Source of the DNA: Gemmata obscuriglobus
GTDB lineage: Bacteria > Planctomycetota > Planctomycetia > Gemmatales > Gemmataceae
Length of the DNA stretch: 32,000 nt
Reading direction: 5' to 3'
Assembly (NCBI RefSeq): GCF_008065095.1
Contig: NZ_CP042911.1
Location: 7,680,001-7,712,000 of the forward strand
The notes below the pieces were generated by a model. The model saw only the letters and a program-made list of their open reading frames with translations, was not told the origin of the DNA and made no database searches. Position numbers and translations under genes: made by a program. Numbering within the stretch: position 1 is the stretch's first letter; each line of letters opens with the position of its first letter. This document shows, piece after piece, positions 24,909 through 32,000 of the stretch.

Positions 24909-26369
24909 ATGGCCGAACCGACCCAGCCGCCGGCGCTCCCGTCCACCGCGGACACCACACCCTACGTTCCCATTGCCTGGAGCGCGGTTGCTGCGGCCAC
25001 GGTCGCGGGGCTGTTCGCGGTGCTCCTCCTGGTGCTCGGGATCAGCGCGTTCGTCAACAAGAAGCCGCTGCTGATCGAGGAGCTGCTGGTGCTCCCGGTG
25101 ATCGGGGTGGTGCTCAGCTTCGCGGCCCGGCGCCTGATCCGCAACTCGGAAGGCACCCGGACCGGCGAGGCGCTGGCCAACGCGGCGTGGTGGCTGTCGC
25201 TGGTGCTCGGGCTGGCGTACTTCGCCTACCTGTTCGCGATCAGCTTCGCAGTGCGCCGCGAGGCCAAGACCGAGGTCGAGCGGTGGATCGGGCTGGTGCA
25301 GAAGGGCGACCCCGAGGACGCGTTCTACCTGACCATCCCGCCCGGCGCCCGACAGGGCGTCCCGAAGAACGACAAGATCGCCCTGCGCGGCCGGTACGGC
25401 GAAGAGCTGCTCGCGTTCAAGGGCACCGACCTGGTGAAGCTCGCCCAGCGCAACGGCGACCAGTTCCGGTTCACCTCCGGCGAGGTGGCCGAGTGGTCGT
25501 ACAAGCCCGGCACCATCGACTGCACCTCCAACGGGGAGGTCACGTGCCCGGAGGGGAAGTTCCCGGTGGTGGTCGGGCTCAAGGGCGTGGAGGGGGTGAC
25601 CGGCGCCGACGTGGGCCGGCAGTGGATGATCGTGCGGCCGCAGGGCGGCGGGTTCATCCGACAGGACAAGGCCGAGCGCACCACCTACGGCTGGATGCTG
25701 TTGATGCTGGAGGCCAACGGCGGGGCGTTCGCGAAGGCGTTCGTGGACCACGTCGGCGCCGGACCGGCCGGGCGCCAGTACCTGTACCGGGCGTTCGTCG
25801 AAGAGGGCGGGGACACGAAGTGGCTCACGGTGGCGCGTGACGCGTTCCTCCAGATCGCGTTCGCGATCCCGACCGCCGCCGCGTACCCGAACGCGAACCC
25901 GGGCGGCCTCCCGGACGGGTTCTTCACCGCCCCCGGGGGCGAGAAATCGACCAAGCTGGACCGGTTCATCAGCGGTTGGAACGCGCTCGGCCTGTTCGAG
26001 GCGGGGCGCCGGCTCAAGGACCCCGGTGGGAACGTCGCCGACAAGGACCCAACGCTGAAGGTGACCGACACCGCCGTCGAGGTCTACCTCCCGGTCGAGC
26101 TGCCGCTGCCGAACGTCAACAAGGTGGAGACCGCTCGCGGCCGGCTGGTGGTGGCCACCAAGGACCCGGCGCTCCTTGAGGAGTTGAAGCAGCGCAAAGC
26201 GGCGGCGGTCGCGGGCGAGCAGCCGAGCCTCAACCCGCCGCCCGACCTGGAGCGGTGGGCGTCGGTCCGGTGGCGGGTGGTGCGGGTCGAGTCGGACCTC
26301 GTGCCGGTGACGCTCGGCCCGGCCGCCGGTGACGCTCGGTCCGGTGGTCCCGGCGGCCCCGGTCACTGA
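24909..26369 (+). CDS. hypothetical membrane protein (3 N-terminal TM helices plus a large soluble domain)
   Basis: 486-aa ORF with normal composition for this genome. TM helices WSAVAAATVAGLFAVLLLVLGI, LLVLPVIGVVLSFAA and WWLSLVLGLAYFAYLFAISFAV. No motif recognised. The 846-aa antisense ORF is a shadow. Confidence 0.75.
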   Translation: MAEPTQPPALPSTADTTPYVPIAWSAVAAATVAGLFAVLLLVLGISAFVNKKPLLIEELLVLPVIGVVLSFAARRLIRNSEGTRTGEALANAAWWLSLVLGLAYFAYLFAISFAVRREAKTEVERWIGLVQKGDPEDAFYLTIPPGARQGVPKNDKIALRGRYGEELLAFKGTDLVKLAQRNGDQFRFTSGEVAEWSYKPGTIDCTSNGEVTCPEGKFPVVVGLKGVEGVTGADVGRQWMIVRPQGGGFIRQDKAERTTYGWMLLMLEANGGAFAKAFVDHVGAGPAGRQYLYRAFVEEGGDTKWLTVARDAFLQIAFAIPTAAAYPNANPGGLPDGFFTAPGGEKSTKLDRFISGWNALGLFEAGRRLKDPGGNVADKDPTLKVTDTAVEVYLPVELPLPNVNKVETARGRLVVATKDPALLEELKQRKAAAVAGEQPSLNPPPDLERWASVRWRVVRVESDLVPVTLGPAAGDARSGGPGGPGH

Positions 26370-26436
26370 TTCGGCGACAGACGACCGGGCCGGCCGGGTA
26401 CAATATGCGGTAGTTCCCCACACGGAGACCGCTCCC

Positions 26437-27723
26437 ATGCCGCGCTCGGCCGAAGGCTTCTGCACCATTGATGTCGCACTCGACGAGCTGCGCGCCGGCC
26501 GGATGGTGGTGCTCGTGGACGACGAGCACCGCGAGAACGAGGGCGACGTGGTGATGGCGGCCGAGGCGATGACGCCCGCCGCCATCAACTTCATGATCCG
26601 CCACGCCTGCGGCCGGCTGTGCGTGTCCTTCTCGCGCCCACAGGCCGAGCGGGTCGGGCTCGAACTCCTTCCCGGGGTGAACCTCGACCCCACCGCCACC
26701 CCCTTCACGCACAACTTCGACGCCCGCTACGGCATCACCACCGGCATCTCCGCGTTCGACCGGTGCCGCACCGTCCAGGTGTGCGCCGACCCCAACTCGG
26801 GGCCGCAGGACCTCGTGCGCGACAAGGGGCACGTGGACGGCCTTATCGCCAAGCCCGGCGGCGTGCTGGTCCGCGCCGGGCACACGGAGGGGAGCGTGGA
26901 CCTGTGCCGGCTCGCGGGCATGCGCGAGGTGGCGGTGATCTGCGAGATCCTGAACGAGGACGGGAGCATGGCCCGGCTCCCGGACCTGCGCGAGTTCTGC
27001 GTCAAGCACGAACTCAAGATGTGTACCATCGCCGACCTGATCGAGTACCGCCGCCGCAAGGAGCGCCTCATCAGCCGGGCGATCGCGCTGAAGCTGCCCA
27101 CCGAGTTCGGCGTGTTCGACCTGTTCGCGTACACGTCGATGGTGGACCAGGAGCCGCACCTGGCCCTGACGCTCGGCGGGATCGGGGTGCAGACCGAGGC
27201 GGAGCCCGGCGCGCCCCCCCAGATCTCCGTGCAAACGGAGCCCGTGCTGGTGCGGATGCACAGCGAGTGCCTGACCGGCGACGCGCTGCACTCGACCAAG
27301 TGTGACTGCGGGCCGCAGTTGCAGTACGCGATGCGGCAGCTCGCCGCGGCCGGGCGCGGGGTGATCGTGTACATGCGGCAGGAGGGCCGCGGGATCGGGC
27401 TGCTGAACAAGTTGAAGGCCTACAAACTCCAGCAGGAAGAGGGCCTGGACACCGTGGAGGCGAACACGCGGCTCGGGTTCGCCCCGGACCTGCGGCACTT
27501 CGGCATCGGCGCCCAGATCCTGCACGACCTGGGCGTCCGTGACATCCGCCTGTTGACGAACAACCCGCGGAAGGTGATCGGCCTGGAGGGCTACGGGCTG
27601 CGGATCGTGGAGCGCGTGCCGATCCAGCTCCCGCCCGGCGAGCACAACCGCGGGTACTTGCAAACGAAGAAAGAAAAGCTCGGGCACCTGCTCGACGAGT
27701 TGGAGCAGAACGAGGGGGCGTGA
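26437..27723 (+). CDS. ribBA: bifunctional 3,4-dihydroxy-2-butanone-4-phosphate synthase / GTP cyclohydrolase II
   Basis: VVLVDDEHRENEGDVVMAAE and RAGHTEGSVDL (DHBP synthase). VRMHSECLTGDALHSTKCDCGPQL and YMRQEGRGIGLLNKLKAYKLQ (GCH II). GGAG RBS before ATG 26437. Confidence 0.95.
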   Translation: MPRSAEGFCTIDVALDELRAGRMVVLVDDEHRENEGDVVMAAEAMTPAAINFMIRHACGRLCVSFSRPQAERVGLELLPGVNLDPTATPFTHNFDARYGITTGISAFDRCRTVQVCADPNSGPQDLVRDKGHVDGLIAKPGGVLVRAGHTEGSVDLCRLAGMREVAVICEILNEDGSMARLPDLREFCVKHELKMCTIADLIEYRRRKERLISRAIALKLPTEFGVFDLFAYTSMVDQEPHLALTLGGIGVQTEAEPGAPPQISVQTEPVLVRMHSECLTGDALHSTKCDCGPQLQYAMRQLAAAGRGVIVYMRQEGRGIGLLNKLKAYKLQQEEGLDTVEANTRLGFAPDLRHFGIGAQILHDLGVRDIRLLTNNPRKVIGLEGYGLRIVERVPIQLPPGEHNRGYLQTKKEKLGHLLDELEQNEGA

Positions 27724-28464
27724 GTGATGTGGGAGGTCCGACAGCTCGAGTTTCGCCCGGTCGAGCTGGATTTCCGGTCGGCCGGGCTCGGCTCACACGC
27801 CTCAACCGCTCTGTACGCTGACGGGCACCACCTGATCAACGCCCTCGACCTCGTCATACCCGCCGACCCTGTGCAAGTCCAAGTGTGTGGCCAGTGCGGT
27901 CAGGTCGGTTGCGTGTCGGGCGGCTGGGTGTCTCCCCGCCGGTTCGGTGACGCCCTCGTACTCGTTCCGTGCTTCCGCGAGATGGCAAACGAACTTGATA
28001 GCTCCTCCCGCACCAGCGCGCAAGGGGCGGTGTTCGAGTACGGACCGCCCGAATGCATTCAAAGCAACGGCCCCGCGCTCTTCCGCGACGAATCGCTCCG
28101 TGTGCTCGGCTCACAGGTTCCCGCCTTCCGTGACGTTACTCGCTGGCCGGTACTCTCCGCACGCGAACTGGTGCGGTTGATCCAGTGGTACGCGCCGACA
28201 CGTGTCCTCGGCGAATTTCCGGCTCCGCCCCGTGTGCGATCCGAGTTCGTTGTCGCGGTCGCACCCGGTGAGAAAGACGAGACGCTGACTCGACTGGACG
28301 GGCTCCTCAGTCGAGCGTTCGCCTCTGAAGCACCGGCGGAAGCCGCCAGCGGCCAGCCGGTGAGCTTCTTCCTCGACATGCCGCGCTTTCCAGACTGGTC
28401 GCCGCTAGTACTCGACGGCACGATCCCACGTCTCGTGTTCCCCGCCCTTCAACAGCTTGATTGA
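27724..28464 (+). CDS. hypothetical protein (orphan; Cys cluster CGQCGQVGC)
   Basis: The start GTG 27724 / ATG 27727 directly abuts the ribBA stop (TGAGTGATG). 246-aa ORF with no shadow-like Arg/Pro bias. About 62% G+C on sampled lines. No motif recognised. Confidence 0.65.
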   Translation: MMWEVRQLEFRPVELDFRSAGLGSHASTALYADGHHLINALDLVIPADPVQVQVCGQCGQVGCVSGGWVSPRRFGDALVLVPCFREMANELDSSSRTSAQGAVFEYGPPECIQSNGPALFRDESLRVLGSQVPAFRDVTRWPVLSARELVRLIQWYAPTRVLGEFPAPPRVRSEFVVAVAPGEKDETLTRLDGLLSRAFASEAPAEAASGQPVSFFLDMPRFPDWSPLVLDGTIPRLVFPALQQLD

Positions 28465-28481
28465 CCTACGGAGCGCCTGTT

Positions 28482-28736
28482 ATGTCGCACGCGAACCACG
28501 TCGAGCGTTACCCCGGCACGCTGGCGGAACTGGCCACCGAACTCGGCGACCTCCGCTACGACGCGCTGGCGACCTTTCTGGAGGAGCTTGCGGCGAAGCT
28601 TGAAGCCGATTCGCTCGCGGACAGCACCCGCGGGCGCGGGAAACTCGCCGCCGCCCTTCAGGCCGCGTCGGAACAGGTAGCAGGTGCCGCCGAACACATC
28701 GCAAAGGCGTGGCACATCTGCGAACCACACATGTAG
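28482..28736 (+). CDS. hypothetical small helical protein
   Basis: GGAG RBS 8 nt before ATG 28482. 84 aa: MSHANHVERYPGTLAELATELGDLRYDALATFLEELAAKLEADS...AEHIAKAWHICEPHM, predicted all-helical by eye. It starts 18 nt after the previous stop. Confidence 0.55.
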   Translation: MSHANHVERYPGTLAELATELGDLRYDALATFLEELAAKLEADSLADSTRGRGKLAAALQAASEQVAGAAEHIAKAWHICEPHM

Positions 28737-28848
28737 CGAAAGCTCCCGCGCAAACCGGACGGCCGGTTTCGGTTTACTTACCGTCCGCAAAATCGGAAAA
28801 TCACTTCCAGCTTCTCAGACACTTGCCTCACGAACGCCCAGGAGCGGC

Positions 28849-30333
28849 ATGAAACCGCACAGCATTCACGCCGCGGTCCGTCGGCTCGCGGACGCGCACC
28901 CGCGTCTCAACGAGAACACCGACGCGGAACTGCTCGGCCGGTTTCTCGACGCCCGCGATCAGGCCGCGTTTGCTGAACTGGTCGCGCGGCACGGACCGGC
29001 GGTGCTCGCGGTGTGCCGCTCGGTGCTGAGCGACCCGAACGACGCCGACGACGCGGCCCAGGCCACGTTCCTGGTGCTCGTCCGGCGGGCCGCGGCCGTG
29101 CGCGACCGCGCCGCACTGGGCGCGTGGCTGTGCCGGGTCGCGTGGCGCACCGCCAACCGGCTCCGCACCGACAACGTGCGCCGCAGTGGCCGGAACGCCG
29201 GGGTCGATCCCGATTCGACCCCGGCCAACGAACCGGGGACCGACGGGCTGGCACTGGCGGCGGTTTTGGACGAGATCGGCAAGCTGCCCGAGGTGTACCG
29301 CATCGCGGTGCTGACGTGCTACGCGGCCGGTACACCGACCGCCGAAGCGGCCCGACAGCTCGGGTGGCCGAAAGGCACACTGCTGACGCGCCTTGCGTGG
29401 GCGCGGAAGCGGCTCGGCGCTCGGCTCAGCCAGCGGGGCGTCACCCTCGCGGGCGGGCTCGCCGCGGTGTTCACGGGGCGCGTCACGCCGCACGCCGCGG
29501 CACGGCTCGCGGGTCGAATCACGCCGGCCGCGGCGGCACTCGCCGCCGGCGAGCCGGTGGACAACGGACTGGTGTCGGAACGGGTTCTACCTCTCACGAA
29601 CGGAGTGGTGCGAGCGATGATCGGAACCAAATTCAAAGCGGCCATCGGGATCGGACTCCTGGCGGCCGTGCTGCTCGGTCTGGGGCTCGGCCGCTCGACG
29701 GTCGGCACGGCCGAGGCGAACGCGGGCGACACCAAGAAACCGCTTGCGGCCGACAAGACGGAGCGGGCCGACCGCGGCGTCCCTGCGAAGACGGACGAGC
29801 AGCCGTCGAACGCCGCAGCGACGAACGCCCCGGCCAAGGAACTGGTGGTGCGCCGGCCGCTCGGGAGCTACACACGCGAGCTGAAGCCCTTCGGGCACGT
29901 CACGCTCACGTTCACGGAGGACCGGTTGCACGTTCAAGCCGATGGGAGCAGTGAAGGGCACGCGCTGACGGTCTCTGCGGACGCAGACTTCTGCGTCAAC
30001 CGCGAGAGCACCGTGTACGGGGTGATCACGGGAGTGGACTTCGGCGTGACGGGCCCCGAGGCCGATAAGTCAAGGTTTGCGTTGGCGCCCATCAGTGCGG
30101 TTGCAACCGACCTGCCGTTCTCGTTCCGAGTGCGGGTCGAGGACGATGCGATCACGATCAAAGACATTAAGGCCGGCCCGTTCGGAACGCCGCTGTTCAT
30201 GGAGGCGCTCCGAGGCAAACAAGACGAGGACGATGAACTGCTCTGGCTAACGTCCGTGGTGTGCGGGAAGTACAAGTCGGGCCCGCACCCGGACCGCACC
30301 ACCCCGCCGGTTCCGCAATCGAAGAAGAAGTGA
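28849..30333 (+). CDS. ECF sigma factor fused to a TM helix and a ~200-aa C-terminal domain
   Basis: Region 2: DADDAAQATFLVLVRRAAAV..AWLCRVAWRTANRLR. Region 4: LPEVYRIAVLTCYAAGTPTAEAARQLGWPKGTLLTRLAWARKRL. TM helix KFKAAIGIGLLAAVLLGLGLG (about 29623-29695), then a Lys/Ala/Asp linker and a beta-rich domain. Start at ATG 28849 with GGAG upstream. Confidence 0.85.
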   Translation: MKPHSIHAAVRRLADAHPRLNENTDAELLGRFLDARDQAAFAELVARHGPAVLAVCRSVLSDPNDADDAAQATFLVLVRRAAAVRDRAALGAWLCRVAWRTANRLRTDNVRRSGRNAGVDPDSTPANEPGTDGLALAAVLDEIGKLPEVYRIAVLTCYAAGTPTAEAARQLGWPKGTLLTRLAWARKRLGARLSQRGVTLAGGLAAVFTGRVTPHAAARLAGRITPAAAALAAGEPVDNGLVSERVLPLTNGVVRAMIGTKFKAAIGIGLLAAVLLGLGLGRSTVGTAEANAGDTKKPLAADKTERADRGVPAKTDEQPSNAAATNAPAKELVVRRPLGSYTRELKPFGHVTLTFTEDRLHVQADGSSEGHALTVSADADFCVNRESTVYGVITGVDFGVTGPEADKSRFALAPISAVATDLPFSFRVRVEDDAITIKDIKAGPFGTPLFMEALRGKQDEDDELLWLTSVVCGKYKSGPHPDRTTPPVPQSKKK

Positions 30334-30341
30334 CCGTCCGC

Positions 30342-30379
30342 CGCGCCCGGCGCCGTCTCTGGAAACGGTGTCGGGCGCG
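30342..30379. terminator. imperfect hairpin between convergent genes
   Basis: CGCGCCCG GC GCCGT ctctggaa ACGGT GT CGGGCGCG. The 8-bp outer stem is perfect. No T run follows. Confidence 0.35.
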
Positions 30380-30472
30380 ACCGGATCTTCAATCAGATGA
30401 TCCGTTCGCCCACGGGAATCGTTCCGGCAACCGCAAACGGAACTCGGCTCCTGACCACGGCGGTCCCCCGCA

Positions 30473-31216
30473 TCACACCAGGATGTCTTTGTTCTCGAAC
30501 TCGCCCTTCATGACCTTGCGGTACACGTGGGCGTTACCGTCCACGATGCCGTGCGCCTCTTTGACCTTCACAAACGACTCGGCCAGTTGCGCCGACTCGT
30601 CCCACGCCATCAGCCCGTTCCCCTCCACTTGGCAGAACAGCGAGTGGTCGAAGTCGGCCTTCTCGCTCACCGTACCGTCGTGGATGTGGACCGTCGGGAA
30701 GAACAGGACCTTTTTGTCGGCCCGCGGGAACTCGAACGCCATCGGGTGAACCTTACTGAGGTCCTTCTCGGGCTTCTTCAGTTTGAACACGGCGAACCCG
30801 AACTCCTTGTACTGCGGCAGTTTCACCCACACGCCCTCGGGCAGCCGGAACTTCTCATCAAGGCGGGCGAAGTCCTTGACCGCCGGAACGAACGAGGCGA
30901 TGAAGTCTCCCACTTCCACAACGGGAAGGGCCGCGCCGAGGCCCCCGAGCATCGGCTCCTTTTTCGGCCCACGCCCCTTCTGAATCGGAAAACCCTTCCG
31001 CAGGTCGTCGAAAAACGCTTCGTACTTCTTGAGGCTGATGAACTTCACCGCGTCCTCGGCGCTCCCCTTGGGCGTCGGGATGGGGAGAATCATCGCGAGG
31101 TCGTGCTCGGCCCCGAACTGCATGCTGTACACCAAGAACTGGCGCCCGTCTTTCGAAGCACGGGCGAAGATGTTGGTGTCCGCAACCACGTCGACCGACT
31201 TGGAGAAGCAGCACAT
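30473..31216 (-). CDS. hypothetical protein (orphan, lower G+C, N-terminus MCCFSK)
   Basis: 247 aa from ATG 31216; the longer ORF up to 31432 runs into the divergent sigma gene. About 55-60% G+C on sampled lines. Lys/Phe/Glu-rich sequence unlike shadow ORFs. Motifs noted: CCF...LAMILPIPTP, FVPAVKDFARLDEKF. Confidence 0.75.
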   Translation of the reverse strand: MCCFSKSVDVVADTNIFARASKDGRQFLVYSMQFGAEHDLAMILPIPTPKGSAEDAVKFISLKKYEAFFDDLRKGFPIQKGRGPKKEPMLGGLGAALPVVEVGDFIASFVPAVKDFARLDEKFRLPEGVWVKLPQYKEFGFAVFKLKKPEKDLSKVHPMAFEFPRADKKVLFFPTVHIHDGTVSEKADFDHSLFCQVEGNGLMAWDESAQLAESFVKVKEAHGIVDGNAHVYRKVMKGEFENKDILV

Positions 31217-31382
31217 GAGCGAAGCCCTGGGGTGACGAGAGGTATTAGCATTATCGCACACGCGACGGCCGGTGCAAATCACCGGGCCGTCCGAAAAGAA
31301 GCGGCCTACTGACCTGCCGCGGCCCGCCCCGCCGCAGTATCGTCCCGCTGTCCTCCCGAGCGAACAGCCGAACCCTGACGTG

Positions 31383-32000
31383 ATGGACCAACCAACCCCA
31401 CCGACCGACGTCCGCACGCGGATCGACGCCATTTACCGCGCCGAGGGCCGGCGCGTGTTCGCCTCGCTGGTCCGACTGGTCCGGGACTTCGATCTGGCCG
31501 AAGAGGCGCTGCACGAAGCGTTCGCGGCGGCCGTCGAGAAGTGGGGCGCGGACGGAATGCCCGATAACCCGCGGGCGTGGCTCGTTTCGACCGGCCGGTT
31601 CAAGGTGATCGACGCGCTGCGCCGGCGCGGGCACCTCACCGCCCTTCACCCCGAGTTGACCCAGCGAGCGGCAGAAGTCGCCGCCGCCAACGCGGTTCGA
31701 GCCAGCGAGGACATCGAAGACGACCGGTTGCGGCTCGTGTTCGCCTGCTGTCACCCGGCCCTCGACCGGAGCGTTCAAGTGCCGCTCACGCTGCGCGAGG
31801 TGTGCGGGCTGACCACCGAGGAGATCGCCGCCGCGTTCCTGACCGCGCCCGCGACTATGGCGCAGCGGCTGGTGCGCGGCAAGGCCAAGATCCGCGACGC
31901 CGGCATCCCCATCACGGTCCCCGAAGCGGACCAACTCGCGGACCGCCTCGGCGCCATGTTGGCGGTCGTGTATCTGGTGTTCAACGAAGGGTACGCCGCC
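31383..32000 (+). CDS. ECF sigma factor, COG4941/ECF42-like N-terminal part (3' end outside the window)
   Basis: Not in the ORF track because no stop falls inside the window. My translation from ATG 31383 gives [82 protein letters not shown]...[60 protein letters not shown]...[12 protein letters not shown]. It stays open to base 32000. Confidence 0.85.
   Translation, partial: MDQPTPPTDVRTRIDAIYRAEGRRVFASLVRLVRDFDLAEEALHEAFAAAVEKWGADGMPDNPRAWLVSTGRFKVIDALRRRGHLTALHPELTQRAAEVAAANAVRASEDIEDDRLRLVFACCHPALDRSVQVPLTLREVCGLTTEEIAAAFLTAPATMAQRLVRGKAKIRDAGIPITVPEADQLADRLGAMLAVVYLVFNEGYAA

Noticed and set aside
26370-26436. Possible FMN riboswitch upstream of ribBA
   Set aside because: The spacer is only about 67 nt. 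I do not see the conserved RFN core strings, and an FMN aptamer needs well over 100 nt.
24174-26714. 846-aa ORF on the - strand
   Set aside because: It spans the 3' end of the redox gene, an intergenic palindrome, the whole 24909 gene and the ribBA start. Its composition is shadow-like (R/P/G/A-rich). The + strand genes have RBSs and sensible TM and enzyme motifs.

Overview
High-GC chromosomal segment (hand tallies of sample lines: about 70% G+C in core genes, about 50-62% in several accessory stretches). Gene content suggests Planctomycetota, Gemmata-like: an H-X9-DG/DUF1559 pseudopilin-like protein, four sigma-factor genes, a batABCDE-like operon, a 24-residue LRR protein and a CxxCH heme module fused to other redox domains. 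Confident housekeeping calls are gltB (3' end), gltD, alaS, ribBA and a HAD phosphatase. The accessory content comprises: a DUF4190-like/DUF2752 membrane pair; an esterase-lactonase fusion; a sigma gene followed by a Gly/Tyr-rich secreted peptide; an ECF sigma with a minimal zinc anti-sigma; and a five-gene VWA/TPR/BatD/SH3 operon with no moxR or DUF58 next to it. It also includes a four-module redox protein (thioredoxin-like + heme c + PHM/DBH-like copper monooxygenase fold + EF-hand) and a 27.7-32.0 kb stretch of lower-GC orphan genes interleaved with two more ECF sigmas, one fused to a transmembrane helix and an outer domain. Three long, sequence-unrelated nested palindromes sit in intergenic spacers. 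I saw no transposase, integrase, CRISPR array, rRNA or tRNA. Many very long ORFs in the track are antisense shadows typical of high-GC DNA and were rejected. No database search was possible, so all family names rest on motif recognition. Novelty claims are hypotheses to be tested.
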